NCBI GenBank assembly: GCA_050184225.1
Contig: JBFXAN010000007.1
Coordinates: 1,141-65,140, forward strand
Source: Dehalococcoidia bacterium
Lineage (GTDB): Bacteria; Chloroflexota; Dehalococcoidia; CAUJGQ01
Direction of reading: 5' to 3'
Length of the DNA: 64,000 bases
Shown here: in pieces, positions 1 through 9,604 of the stretch
Layout of the letters: each line of letters opens with the position of its first letter
How positions within the stretch are numbered: the first letter of the stretch is position 1
The notes under the pieces: generated by a model
What the model saw: only the letters and a program-made list of their open reading frames with translations
What the model was told of the DNA's origin: nothing
Database searches by the model: none
Position numbers and translations under genes: made by a program

Positions 1-1
1 A

Positions 2-703
2 CGCAACCAGTCACCGTCGGCGACGCACTGGCTCGGCACCGATCAGCTGGGCCGCGACACATTCAGCCGGCTGCTGTACGGCGGCCGTATTTCCCTGCCC
101 CTCGGGTTGATGGCCGTGGCGTTGTCGGCAGTGTCCGGTATCACGATGGGAATCGTCGCCGGACACTTCGGCGGCGCTGCCGACCAGGTGACCGGCCGTT
201 TGGTTGATGCGCAACTGGCGTTTCCGGAACTGATCCTCGCGCTGACGATCGTCGCGGTTTTCGGCCAGAGCATCTTCAACGTGATGGTCGTGGTGGGACT
301 TTCCGGCTATCCCGCGTACTATCGCCTCGCCCGCGGGCAGGTGCTCCAGGCGCGGGAGTTCGAGTATGTCAAAGCGGCGCGCGCGCTTGGAGCCGGTGAC
401 GGACGGATCATGTCTCGTCACATCCTCCCCAACATCTTGAATCCGCTGATCATTCAAACCTCATTGGCTGCGGGAACGGCAGTGCTGCTCCAGGCATCGC
501 TCGGCTTCTTCGGCCTTGGCCCGAAGGCGGGCACAGCCGATTGGGGTTCGATGTTCTTCGATGGGCTGAATAACTTCCGAATCCAGCCATGGCTGGTCTT
601 CGGCCCAGGAATCGCCGTGTTCATCTCCGTGTTGTCGTTCTTCATGATCGGCGATGCGTTGCGCGACGCGCTCGATCCGCACCTGCGTGGGAGGAAGGTC
701 TAA
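2..703 (+). CDS. ABC peptide/nickel transporter permease (DppC/OppC-like), 5' end outside window
   Basis: The frame is open from base 2 (RNQSPSATHWLGTDQLGRDTFSRLLYGGRISL). It shows typical BPD permease motifs (EYVKAARALGAG, ILPNILNPLI). Confidence 0.85.
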   Translation, partial: RNQSPSATHWLGTDQLGRDTFSRLLYGGRISLPLGLMAVALSAVSGITMGIVAGHFGGAADQVTGRLVDAQLAFPELILALTIVAVFGQSIFNVMVVVGLSGYPAYYRLARGQVLQAREFEYVKAARALGAGDGRIMSRHILPNILNPLIIQTSLAAGTAVLLQASLGFFGLGPKAGTADWGSMFFDGLNNFRIQPWLVFGPGIAVFISVLSFFMIGDALRDALDPHLRGRKV

Positions 704-770
704 CCTGAGGGGAATCCCGGCGGACCGACGTGCGGCCGCCGTCGATTGAAAAGAGCAGAGGAGGGAAAGC

Positions 771-2402
771 ATGCTCGACCAACGGAAGTGGCTCATCGCG
801 ATCGTTCTGGCGATGGCCGCGATCGTCGCTGCCTGCGGCGGCGGTGACGACGATGAAGACACCGCCGGGACACAGGCGACACCTGGGGCCAGCGGTCAGG
901 CCGCGGCGACCCAGACGTCCAACATCAAGCGTGGGGGAACGCTTGTCGCCGCGCTCGGCAACAACCCGAAGACCTTTGACCCGATGCTCAGCAATGACGT
1001 TGCCAGCAGCGCCGTCCAGGTCAGCATCATCGAAGGGCTCTACAAGTACGACAAAGATTTCAAGCCGGTGCCGTGGCTGGCCGAGAAGGTCGATATCTCG
1101 CCCGACAACATGGAATACACCTTCCATATGCGCCAGGGTGTGATGTTCCATGACGGCACCGAGATGGATGCCGAAGCGGTGAAGTTCAGCATGGAGCGGG
1201 TCAAGAACAACCCCGCCTCCGTGCGTAACGCCGATGCGAAGACGATCACCGAGATCGCGGTGCTCGACAAGTACACCGTGAAGGTGTCGCTCAGCGAGCC
1301 GTTCGCGCCGTTCCCGTCTCGCCTGACCGGCGGACTCGGCGCCGTCGTGTCACCCAAGGCCGTGCAGGAAATGGGCGACGAGAAGTTCGGCCTGAGCCCC
1401 GTCGGCACCGGACCCTTCAAGTTCGACAACTGGCAGAACGACGTGTCGGTGCAGGTCGAGAAGTTCGACAACTATTGGAAGGACGGCGCCGACGGCAAGA
1501 AGCTGCCCTATCTCGACGGTGTCGAGTGGCGCATCATCACCGAACCAGCGGGACGGCTGACGGCGATCCAAGCCGGCGACGTCGACATCTTCGCCGACAA
1601 TACCCGGCCCCGCGACGCCGACCTGTCGACGATCAAAGCCGACTCAAACCTGAAGCTCGACATCGGCCCGGGGTTGGGGTGGTCCGGTCTCTGGCTGACG
1701 ATCAACAAGCCGCCGTTCGACAACAAGGCGCTGCGTCAGGCCGTCGCCTATGCGATCGACCGGCAGGAGATCAACACCGCGATCTACGAGGGCCAGCGCA
1801 CGATCGCCAACGGCCCGATTCCGGTGCCGCTCTCGTGGGCGGTCGATCCGAATTTCAAGTTCTACCCGGAAAAGGCTGACCTGGCCAAGGCGAAGGAAAA
1901 GCTGGCCGAGGGCGGCAAGCCGAATGGCTTCGAGTTCGAGTACTGGATCTCAGCCGGCGACCAGCTTGGTCAGTCACTCGCCGAACTGATTCAGTCTCAG
2001 CTCGCCAAGGTCGGCATCACGATGAACGTTCAAGCGGCCGACTTCAACGGAGTCGTCATCCCGAAGCTGATGAAGCAGGAGTCCAACGCCTATCAGCTCG
2101 GTCTGACCGGCGGTGTCGATCCCGATCAGCACGTCGGCAACGCCTTCGCCACCGGCGCCGGCTTCAACTTCTTCCCCTACAGCGTCCCCCGTGTGGACGA
2201 ACTGGTGAAGCAGGGCAAGGCTGTCAGCGACATCGAGCAGCGGGCGACGGTCTATAAGGAACTTGCAAAGATCATCGTCGAGGACGCCCCGTATATCTGG
2301 CACACCTACTCGAACGACTATGTGGTCGCCAACAAGAAGGTGCAGGGAACCTATCTCGGCCAGAAAGCCACCGCCGGCTATTCCGAGTTCTGGATTCAGT
2401 AG
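771..2402 (+). CDS. ABC transporter substrate-binding protein, family 5 (peptide/nickel type), lipoprotein
   Basis: 543 aa with a signal peptide and lipobox (VAACGG). The layout is SBP family 5-like. It lies directly downstream of the permease, with a GGAGGG RBS. Confidence 0.85.
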   Translation: MLDQRKWLIAIVLAMAAIVAACGGGDDDEDTAGTQATPGASGQAAATQTSNIKRGGTLVAALGNNPKTFDPMLSNDVASSAVQVSIIEGLYKYDKDFKPVPWLAEKVDISPDNMEYTFHMRQGVMFHDGTEMDAEAVKFSMERVKNNPASVRNADAKTITEIAVLDKYTVKVSLSEPFAPFPSRLTGGLGAVVSPKAVQEMGDEKFGLSPVGTGPFKFDNWQNDVSVQVEKFDNYWKDGADGKKLPYLDGVEWRIITEPAGRLTAIQAGDVDIFADNTRPRDADLSTIKADSNLKLDIGPGLGWSGLWLTINKPPFDNKALRQAVAYAIDRQEINTAIYEGQRTIANGPIPVPLSWAVDPNFKFYPEKADLAKAKEKLAEGGKPNGFEFEYWISAGDQLGQSLAELIQSQLAKVGITMNVQAADFNGVVIPKLMKQESNAYQLGLTGGVDPDQHVGNAFATGAGFNFFPYSVPRVDELVKQGKAVSDIEQRATVYKELAKIIVEDAPYIWHTYSNDYVVANKKVQGTYLGQKATAGYSEFWIQ

Positions 2403-2579
2403 GGCGGACTCGATTCACGTGTGATGTCGCGGCGCTCGATCGCAACCGATCGGGCGCCGCGGCGCCGGTGGGCACGACAGCCCGGTTCCGCACCTTGATC
2501 GGACCGGAGCCGGGTGAGGCGGCGCACACACTCAGCGTTGACGGTCTTCCGACGCGCCTGATACCCTGGATGAGGTCAT

Positions 2580-2653
2580 TGGGGACTCGTCTAATGGTAG
2601 GACAGCGGATTCTGGATCCGTATGTGGGGGTTCGAATCCTCCGTCCCCAGCCA
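2580..2653 (+). tRNA. tRNA-Gln (anticodon CUG)
   Basis: Cloverleaf read by eye: acceptor TGGGGAC/GTCCCCA, anticodon loop TTCTGGA, T-loop GGTTCGAATCC, encoded CCA. Confidence 0.9.
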
Positions 2654-2664
2654 GATTCCCACAC

Positions 2665-2741
2665 GGCGCATTCGTCTAGCGGCCTAGGACACCGCCCTCT
2701 CAAGGCGGAGATCACGGGTTCGAATCCCGTATGCGCTACCA
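2665..2741 (+). tRNA. tRNA-Glu (anticodon CUC)
   Basis: Acceptor GGCGCAT/ATGCGCT, anticodon stem CCGCC/GGCGG with loop CTCTCAA, T-loop GGTTCGAATCC, encoded CCA. Confidence 0.85.
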
Positions 2742-2851
2742 TGCACTGCCCCCGGCGATCAGGCTCGGGGGCTTCATTGTGGGGATGGTCCACGTATCAG
2801 GCGGCCGCCTTCGCTCCCACACGTTGAACGTGAACCCGACGGAAACGACCC

Positions 2852-3082
2852 ATGGACGAGCAATCGAAGCAAGCCTATCGTGCGGCGTTTGACGCATGGA
2901 TGACGCAACTCGATCGCGTCCACACCGTGCTTCTGGACGGCGAACCGATGGACCCGATGCATCGGGTTGCCCTGCTCCGGCGCGAGAGCCAGCTCAAGGC
3001 CCGCTACGACGAGGCGCGGGATCGGTTGCTTGGCATTCCCGCCGATGATGGCGCCGGAAGCGCCTTTCCGCCGGAAACCTGA
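2852..3082 (+). CDS. hypothetical small protein
   Basis: 76-aa ORF with a protein-like helical sequence. No family recognised. Confidence 0.4.
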   Translation: MDEQSKQAYRAAFDAWMTQLDRVHTVLLDGEPMDPMHRVALLRRESQLKARYDEARDRLLGIPADDGAGSAFPPET

Positions 3083-3128
3083 GCCGCGGGCGGAGCCGCG
3101 CTGTTTCCCTGGCACAGGCGCCGGTACA

Positions 3129-3638
3129 ATGAGGACAATCACACTGTTCCCCCGCGGACCGGGGGCGGCGGAGGCCGGGATGGCCGGCGACGACCTCGGC
3201 TTCGAGATCGATCCGATTCTGAACGCGATTGACACGGCAGACGTGCTGATCGTGCGTTTTCCGTTTTTCGAGAAGCGGTTGCTGGTCGATGCCCGCACCG
3301 ACGACGGCGATCCACCCGTCATTACCCTCGTTCCGCAGGCATCCGGCATTGAGGAGCGGTTTCGCAGCGTCAAACAGGCGCGGCCCCGACTGCCGGTTCC
3401 GGACCGTATCCTCTCCTTCCATTGGCCGCGCCACGTCGAGGTGCTGGCGGCGGCGGGCGTCTGGCAGCGGATCGTGCAGCGCCTGGTTGCCTCCGGCCAC
3501 GCCGAGCTTGGGCGCCGATGTGACGCCGCCTGGCAGGAAATGAAGCGGGAAGAGGCGTGGGAGATTCAGCGCGCGATTCGCGGCCACGAACGCTACGAAA
3601 CGATCTGGGAGCGATCGGCCGGCACCACCGGCGCCTAG
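3129..3638 (+). CDS. hypothetical protein
   Basis: Internal ATG (MRTITLF) of ORF 2967-3638. The composition is protein-like. No family recognised. Confidence 0.45.
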   Translation: MRTITLFPRGPGAAEAGMAGDDLGFEIDPILNAIDTADVLIVRFPFFEKRLLVDARTDDGDPPVITLVPQASGIEERFRSVKQARPRLPVPDRILSFHWPRHVEVLAAAGVWQRIVQRLVASGHAELGRRCDAAWQEMKREEAWEIQRAIRGHERYETIWERSAGTTGA

Positions 3639-3657
3639 CCAATCCGGAGGCGGCACC

Positions 3658-4701
3658 ATGGAGATCATCGATCTGCGCAGCGATACCGTCACCCAACCGA
3701 CGCCGGACATGCGCCGGGCGATGGCCAACGCCGAGGTCGGCGACGATGTCTTCGGCGACGATCCCACGGTCAACGAGCTCGAGCGCCGCGCCGCCGAACT
3801 GATGGGCAAAGAGGCCGCCGTGCTGGTCGCCAGCGGCACGATGGGAAACATCAGCGCGCTCCTCAGCCACACCCAGCGCGGGGACGAGGTGATCGTCGGC
3901 TCTGAGGCACACATCCTGCTGGCCGAGGTGGGCGGGACCGGCGCGCTCGCCGGCGCGGTGCTGCGACCACTCGCCAACGATGCGCGCGGGCGGCTCGATC
4001 CCCTCTCTGTGGCGAGCACGATCCGGCCCCCAAACGTCCACTTCCCCCGGACTGCCCTCGTCTGCCTGGAGAATACGCACAACCGTTGCGGGGGCGCGGT
4101 ATTAACCGTGGAGGACACCGCCGCCGTTGCCGAGGTCGCGCATCAGCAGGGCGCGGCAGTGCATCTCGACGGCGCCCGTATCTTCAACGCCGCTGTCGCG
4201 CTCCGCATCCCGGCGCGTGACCTGACCGCGCCCGCCGACAGTGTCACCTTCTGTCTCTCGAAGGGGCTGTCGGCGCCGGTCGGCTCGTTGCTCTGTGGCA
4301 GCCAGGCGTTCATCGATCGCGCCCGCCGCAATCGGAAGATGCTCGGCGGCGGCATGCGCCAGGCGGGCATCCTCGCGGCGGCGGGACTGGTCGCGCTGGA
4401 CTCGATGATCGACCGCCTTGCCGAGGATCATGATCATGCCGCGCTCCTTGCGCGCGGCCTCGCCGAGTTGCCCGGCATTGATATCGATCCGGACGGAGTC
4501 CAGACAAACCTGGTGTTCTTCCGGCTGGTCGACGAACCGGCGGCAACGTTTAGTCAGCGGCTCAAGGAGGCCGGCATCCTCGCCGGTGCGTCTGGTCCGC
4601 GGAGCATTCGCATGGTCACCCACTACGGCATCGAGCGTCGCCACATCGACGAGACGCTCGCACGCATGTCCCGCGTCACGAGAGCAGCGATCACGGTATG
4701 A
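3658..4701 (+). CDS. ltaE: low-specificity L-threonine aldolase (PLP-dependent, beta-eliminating lyase family)
   Basis: N-terminus [35 protein letters not shown] and the GTMGN motif are typical of LtaE. Confidence 0.85.
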   Translation: MEIIDLRSDTVTQPTPDMRRAMANAEVGDDVFGDDPTVNELERRAAELMGKEAAVLVASGTMGNISALLSHTQRGDEVIVGSEAHILLAEVGGTGALAGAVLRPLANDARGRLDPLSVASTIRPPNVHFPRTALVCLENTHNRCGGAVLTVEDTAAVAEVAHQQGAAVHLDGARIFNAAVALRIPARDLTAPADSVTFCLSKGLSAPVGSLLCGSQAFIDRARRNRKMLGGGMRQAGILAAAGLVALDSMIDRLAEDHDHAALLARGLAELPGIDIDPDGVQTNLVFFRLVDEPAATFSQRLKEAGILAGASGPRSIRMVTHYGIERRHIDETLARMSRVTRAAITV

Positions 4702-5417
4702 AGCGACTCCTCATCATCTGCGCCGCCGTATCGTTCTTTCTTGCCGGCTGCGGCAGTACCGTCACCACCCAGGTCATTCCCGTTCAGACGCCCCTTCCCG
4801 AACAGGAGGAGGCTGTCTATCGGGTTGAAGACAGTTCCGGCAATCAGATCGGACGCGCGATCTTCACGATCGCGGCCGACGGGTCCGATCTGCGGCTGAC
4901 CCAGGACTATGACTTCGGCGAGGGCCAGATCGACCGCAGCAGCGTCGTCGTCGATCGGGCGAGCATGCGGCCGCGGTCGTCGGAACGGATGGTGGTTGAC
5001 GAAACCCTGAACTACCGCACTGAGGCCGACTACAACGAGGACTCGGTCAGGGTCACCTTCGAGGGTGAGCAGGGCGAGCGACAGCGTGATGCCGACATCT
5101 CTGAAACAGCCTACGACAACCTCGAGTCGCTCTTTCTCTGGCGAACGATCGCCATGGGTGCGGGCGAAACGATCAGCTACGTCAACGTCGTCGTCGACCC
5201 CAAGCGCGGCACGATCAACCGGGCGCTCGGCACAATCGAGGTGTCCGGCCGCGAGCACGTGGAACTACCCTCGGGCACAGTCGAGGCGTGGCGGGTCGAC
5301 TTCCGCTCGGCCGGCGTCACCAATCACGCGTGGTACTCGGTTGATGGCGATCACCAACTCGTCAAGTACGACATTCAGCGTGGCCCAACGCTGGTCTTGG
5401 AACAGATATCGCCGTAA
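4698..5417 (+). CDS. lipoprotein of unknown function
   Basis: Signal peptide plus lipobox (FFLAGCGS). The start overlaps the ltaE stop (ATGA). Confidence 0.6.
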   Translation: MKRLLIICAAVSFFLAGCGSTVTTQVIPVQTPLPEQEEAVYRVEDSSGNQIGRAIFTIAADGSDLRLTQDYDFGEGQIDRSSVVVDRASMRPRSSERMVVDETLNYRTEADYNEDSVRVTFEGEQGERQRDADISETAYDNLESLFLWRTIAMGAGETISYVNVVVDPKRGTINRALGTIEVSGREHVELPSGTVEAWRVDFRSAGVTNHAWYSVDGDHQLVKYDIQRGPTLVLEQISP

Positions 5418-5457
5418 TTGCCAATCGACCCGCCGATACGGTGTAATAGAAGGGCCA

Positions 5458-5494
5458 GCGGGGGTAGCTCAGTGGTAGAGCTCCTGCCTTCCAA
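5458..5494 (+). repeat. 5' half of tRNA-Gly(UCC); left att repeat of the large element
   Basis: GCGGGGGTAGCTCAGTGGTAGAGCTCCTGCCTTCCAA is identical to 56456-56492. It diverges after the anticodon loop. Confidence 0.8.
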
Positions 5495-5539
5495 CTAGCA
5501 GCAACGGCCCGAACTTAGCAGTCACACGGGTAGAGATTC

Positions 5540-5571
5540 AAAACCGTTCCCTCGGGAGCGGTTTTTCTGTT
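5540..5571 (+). terminator. intrinsic-terminator-like hairpin
   Basis: Arms AAAACCGTTCCC / GGGAGCGGTTTT (one G-U pair) are followed by TTTTTCTGTT. Confidence 0.4.
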
Positions 5572-5603
5572 GCCCGACTCCCTGCCTTCCATCACGGTGT
5601 CCA

Positions 5604-5624
5604 CACGTGATCGTCACGTGATCG
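5604..5624 (+). promoter_or_regulatory. tandem CACGTGATCG repeat upstream of the integrase
   Basis: CACGTGATCG occurs at 5604-5613 and 5615-5624, about 40 nt upstream of the int start. It may be an operator or arm site. Confidence 0.3.
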
Positions 5625-5664
5625 CTACGGGTGGGTTGGAAAACGCTGCCGGAGGAGATTCCCT

Positions 5665-6714
5665 ATGAGCATGCAGGATCAACACAACGGCGTCGAGCGC
5701 GAGCACATCGGCCTGCCACTGAAGGGCTATCTACGCCTGTATGACGCCCAACTGCGCGCCGAACGCAAGGCCGCCAAGACGATCCAGGTGTACGGCTACG
5801 TCCTGGGCAAGTTCGAGCAGTGGCTTGCGACAGAGCATGGCCGACCTCCGACGCTGGCTGACTTTCGGGCTGACCAGGCCCGGTTCTTCATGGTTGCCGT
5901 CCAGGAGAAGCCGAAGTGGGAGGGACACCCGACGCTCGCCGGTGTCACACCCGATGGTATCGCTGGGGCCACGCTCCATCTCTATGTGCGCACGCTCAAG
6001 ACGTTCGGCGCGTGGCTCGCTCGCGAAGGCTGCCTACCGGCAAATCCGGTAGAGATGCTGCGGCTGCCGCAGGTCGAGCAGAAGCAGCTTGTGCCGCTGA
6101 CCGAGGAGGAGGAGCGCCGCCTGCTCGGCGCATACGATGACAATCAGCCGGTGGATTGCCGGGTCAAGGCGATCTTCCTGCTGATGCTTGATACCGGGCT
6201 GCGACGCGCCGAGGTCATCACGCTCAAGGACCGGAACGTCGACCTGGACAATGGCTTCCTCCTCGTCATGGGCAAGGGACGCAAGGAGCGGTCGGTACCA
6301 TTCGGCTTTACGACCGAGAAAGTGCTGCGCAAGTACGCGACCTTCTTCCGCCCGGACCCGGCCGATCCGACTGTCGATGAGTTCTTCCTCTCTCCCGATG
6401 GCTATCCTCTCACCAGCAATGCCATTGTGATGATCTTCGCGCGGGCGCGGAAGCGCACAGGGATCGCCCGGCTCCACCCGCATCTTCTGCGGCATACCTA
6501 CGGCATCCGTGCTCAGGAGAGCGATATGCCCACAATCACGCTCCAGCACTATATGGGGCACTCCTCGTCAAAGGTGACGGAACGCTATGTGCACGCAGCG
6601 CAGAGCGAAAAGCTCAAACGAGCACGCGGGTATTCGCCGATTGATCAGCTTGGGCTCCGCGTAAAGAGTGTCGTGAGGGGAGGCAATGGGAGACCGGGTC
6701 GCGGTCGTAGGTAG
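5665..6714 (+). CDS. tyrosine recombinase / phage-type integrase
   Basis: 349 aa with an N-terminal SAM-like domain. Catalytic motifs are present: GLRRAE, HPHLLRHTY, GHSSSKVTERYVH. Confidence 0.85.
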   Translation: MSMQDQHNGVEREHIGLPLKGYLRLYDAQLRAERKAAKTIQVYGYVLGKFEQWLATEHGRPPTLADFRADQARFFMVAVQEKPKWEGHPTLAGVTPDGIAGATLHLYVRTLKTFGAWLAREGCLPANPVEMLRLPQVEQKQLVPLTEEEERRLLGAYDDNQPVDCRVKAIFLLMLDTGLRRAEVITLKDRNVDLDNGFLLVMGKGRKERSVPFGFTTEKVLRKYATFFRPDPADPTVDEFFLSPDGYPLTSNAIVMIFARARKRTGIARLHPHLLRHTYGIRAQESDMPTITLQHYMGHSSSKVTERYVHAAQSEKLKRARGYSPIDQLGLRVKSVVRGGNGRPGRGRR

Positions 6715-6858
6715 CCGTCCGAGACGAAGCCAAAAGTCGAGACGGCTGGAAAGGATGTGATCGGCCATGCTATCCGCCTCCTGCCTACGACCGAACAGCG
6801 GCATTGTGCGGCGCACGGAATCAATAACAGAGCAATGCCCATTGCACGTAACAGTATA

Positions 6859-7332
6859 ATGACACTAATGTCCATTGCGAAGGAGTTGCTGCCCTCTGTG
6901 CTTCCGATATCTCCGGTCGACGGTGCCGTGGTGCGCGTCGTGCATTACTACAACCTCGTAAGCATCGCCCAGGTCTGCAAGCTTCTCTCTGTCTTCCCCG
7001 GCTCTCTGGCCTATGCCCAGAAGCGGCTCAAACGGCTCACCGATCTGGGCTACCTGCAGGCGATCTACCTGCCGAAGACCACGCAGGCCGGCTATCTGGC
7101 GTGCGCGACCCCTGGAGAGAGGAGCCTGCCGATACAACTGATCAAACGAACGGACTCTTGGTGGAGGTGGGGAAGAATCGGACTCCCCTCTCACCCAGGT
7201 TCCAAGTCGCCGATTGCCCCCGCGTTTGCCGTCGAAATTGAAGCCGATTCGACTGCACTTGACTCCATCCGCAGGACCAAACCTGCTCGCACGCCGTGGT
7301 CCATCGCGGCGCCATCTGATCTGCTAAAATAG
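6859..7332 (+). CDS. replication-relaxation-family N-terminal domain protein, probably truncated
   Basis: FPGSLAYAQKRLKRLTDLGYLQAIYLP parallels YPGSLTWAQTKLKDLTEAGYLERIYLP of the gene at 52914-53822. The C-terminal part is unrelated and the start is uncertain. Confidence 0.4.
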   Translation: MTLMSIAKELLPSVLPISPVDGAVVRVVHYYNLVSIAQVCKLLSVFPGSLAYAQKRLKRLTDLGYLQAIYLPKTTQAGYLACATPGERSLPIQLIKRTDSWWRWGRIGLPSHPGSKSPIAPAFAVEIEADSTALDSIRRTKPARTPWSIAAPSDLLK

Positions 7333-7342
7333 GTAATCAATT

Positions 7343-8341
7343 ATGGTCGAGCGCCCGAGAGGACATTCTAGACCTTACACCAAAGAGGATTCCGGTCTTG
7401 TTGACCATGCGACCGAGAGTTCAACGGAGCTTCTCGCTGAACTCAAGCCGTTCTGGCATACGATCTACGGCGAGCGGTCTGGGCTGCTCGGCCTCTTCTC
7501 TGGGCATCGAGACGGCCCGCGCCTCCGTGCACCCCGGGAAATCTACTTCATCTGGCCCAATGGCGTGCACTACGCCGCCGACTGGCTGGCGGATGAAGTC
7601 GCCGCAGGGCGCGATGTCTATCAGTGCGCCCATCTCCTCACGCGACCTCGACGGCGAAAACAGTATGCCGCGCCACTGCGCTCCCTCTACGTCGATCTCG
7701 ACCGCGCCGAGTTGCCCGCCGGCGCGCCAGCGCCGAGCGTGGTGGTCGAGTCCTCCCCGGGCCGCTGGCAATGCTACTGGCCGCTGACCGAACCGGTCGA
7801 CCCACATCGCGGCGAGGATCTGAATCGGCGCCTCGCCTACGCCTTCGGGGCTGACCGATCGGGATGGGACCTCACCCAGTTGCTCCGTCTCCCGGCGACC
7901 CCGAACCGGAAGTACTTGGAGGCGCCGCCCGTCCGCCTCCTCCAGCACTCGGACGTCCGCTTCGACCCGCTGGCGCTGGACGAGTCATTGCCCTCGGTCC
8001 CGACGGCGGCAACCGCCCGGGCCGCAGGTGTCGGCGTGGGCGATGCGACGGCCGCGCCGCTCGACATCGAAGGGCGCCTGTCCAAGGCCGCGATGCGCGT
8101 CATGACTGGCGAGTCGGTGAAGCGAACACCGGATGGACGGCTCGATCGGTCGGCATCACTGGTGTGGATGGCCCGCGTCTTATGCGGTGCGGGCGCGAGT
8201 CGACCGGCGATCATCGCGGCACTGGCCGAACGAGACGCCACCTTGGGCTGGCGGAAGTTCACTGATCGGCGCGACGCCACCCCCCATTACCATCGGATCG
8301 TGGACGTGATCGAGCGAGGCACTCGGCCACAACGGTCTTGA
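7343..8341 (+). CDS. RepB-type DNA primase domain protein
   Basis: YVDLD ... VVVESSPGRWQCYWPL ... LLRLPATPNRK resembles the RepB primase domain of plasmids and integrative elements. Confidence 0.5.
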   Translation: MVERPRGHSRPYTKEDSGLVDHATESSTELLAELKPFWHTIYGERSGLLGLFSGHRDGPRLRAPREIYFIWPNGVHYAADWLADEVAAGRDVYQCAHLLTRPRRRKQYAAPLRSLYVDLDRAELPAGAPAPSVVVESSPGRWQCYWPLTEPVDPHRGEDLNRRLAYAFGADRSGWDLTQLLRLPATPNRKYLEAPPVRLLQHSDVRFDPLALDESLPSVPTAATARAAGVGVGDATAAPLDIEGRLSKAAMRVMTGESVKRTPDGRLDRSASLVWMARVLCGAGASRPAIIAALAERDATLGWRKFTDRRDATPHYHRIVDVIERGTRPQRS

Positions 8342-8508
8342 AGACCCTCGCACACCGTACCGCCGCGTCCCGGCGCTCCCCCCGTCCATTCTCGAATCTG
8401 CGCCAGCGGCCGCAGTACCCGTTTGTACCAGCCTGTGCCAACGAGTTGGCAAGCGATACCTGTGCGGCTCGCCGGGTCGGCTCGCGGCGGAGGACTCGTA
8501 TGCGATCG

Positions 8509-9033
8509 CTAGCGTATGAGCTTTAGACGAGAAAGGCGGATGGTCATCGCTTCCGAACTGACGCCGTATCTCTGGGAAAGTCGATCAATAATATCTTCTA
8601 TCTGAACATCTTCCGGGATTGACTGGAATTCTCGACTGATAGTATCTGCAGGCATGAGAAGTTCGGCCGCAAACTGGTTAGCTTCAACCTCGCGTTCATT
8701 TATCGCCATACTAGATACGTCATTTCGGAATCCGATCGGAACGTACTCATCAACATGCATATCATCATCACTGTGCAGTAATAGGTGTCCGATTTCGTGC
8801 GCAATCGTGAAGCGTTTGCGTGTAAGCGGCTGCAAAGAGTTTACGCCGATGACGTTGACCGCATCCGGTCGTCGATACGCCATACCAGAAAGAGACCCAT
8901 CGAATGGTTCGTATCGAATGGTCGCACCAACCAGGCTGGCAAGTGCTTCCACCGGTACTGGTGGTTCGGTAACTCCTGCTTTGACGAGCAATTGCGTCGC
9001 GCGTTTCCGCGCGAGGGCATATCTAGCTGCCAT
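8509..9033 (-). CDS. ImmA/IrrE-family zinc metallopeptidase (CapP-like)
   Basis: HEIGHLLLH (HExxH) motif. 174 aa, starting 1 nt after the XRE gene stop. Confidence 0.8.
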   Translation of the reverse strand: MAARYALARKRATQLLVKAGVTEPPVPVEALASLVGATIRYEPFDGSLSGMAYRRPDAVNVIGVNSLQPLTRKRFTIAHEIGHLLLHSDDDMHVDEYVPIGFRNDVSSMAINEREVEANQFAAELLMPADTISREFQSIPEDVQIEDIIDRLSQRYGVSSEAMTIRLSRLKLIR

Positions 9034-9034
9034 G

Positions 9035-9370
9035 TTAACGCTCCTGATCCGCAGAATGTGCCGGCCCCATCACCCGCTCCGCCCATGCTCGTTTCTCGGG
9101 GTCCAGCGCACGCAGCTTCGAGCTATTCGGGGGTCCGCTCGGTGCGGCCCGCAGTGGCAGCAGGTCACCAACGCTGACGCCAAGTGCGTCGGCGAGGCGG
9201 ATGAGCACGTGGATCTGCACCGGCTGGCGGCCCTTCTCGATGTTTGTGATGGAAGTTCGTGAGAGACCGACCGCACGAGCGAGATCCTCCTGTGTAATCT
9301 TCGCAGCCTGGCGCGCCCGGCTGAGACGCGCGCCCAACTCCTTGTACATCGGCCCCTGCGGTGTTGCCAT
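9035..9370 (-). CDS. XRE-family HTH transcriptional regulator (CapH-like)
   Basis: ITQEDLARAVGLSRTSITNIEKGRQ is a classic Cro/C1 HTH. The gene is divergent from the operon starting at 9605. Confidence 0.8.
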   Translation of the reverse strand: MATPQGPMYKELGARLSRARQAAKITQEDLARAVGLSRTSITNIEKGRQPVQIHVLIRLADALGVSVGDLLPLRAAPSGPPNSSKLRALDPEKRAWAERVMGPAHSADQER

Positions 9371-9451
9371 GCGAATAGGATATCTGGGTGGGTTGTACGG
9401 TCAACTGGGGAAACAGTTTCTCGTGGTGACATATGGCTTGGCACTGGTATT

Positions 9452-9480
9452 TTGACATCCACTCCAATATCCGCTACCCT
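9452..9480 (+). promoter_or_regulatory. candidate sigma70-type promoter for the MBL/E2-E1-JAB/patatin operon
   Basis: TTGACA (9452-9457), 17-nt spacer, TACCCT (9475-9480), about 125 nt upstream of the ATG at 9605. Confidence 0.3.
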
Positions 9481-9604
9481 CGCACAAATCAGTCGAGCTC
9501 ACCGCGGACGCCGATGGGCGCCATACCCCTCACGCGGTGCGGTCGAGCCGCTGGTTCGCCTTTAATCATCGAAGTCCTCGCCGACGGCGGGACGAGGGGG
9601 CTCC

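Noticed and set aside
2468-2827. 119-aa ORF (and the 173-aa ORF on the minus strand) covering 2.27-2.83 kb.
   Set aside because: They run straight through two well-formed tRNA genes (Gln and Glu) and are not protein-like.
2994-4118. Long antisense ORF (374 aa) opposite the threonine aldolase region. Similar long shadow ORFs occur at 11633-12412, 37680-38330, 49723-51099, 51512-52615 and 56628-57557.
   Set aside because: These ORFs have Arg/Pro/Gly/Ala-rich, low-complexity translations typical of antisense frames in high-GC DNA. Each overlaps a gene with clear family motifs on the other strand.
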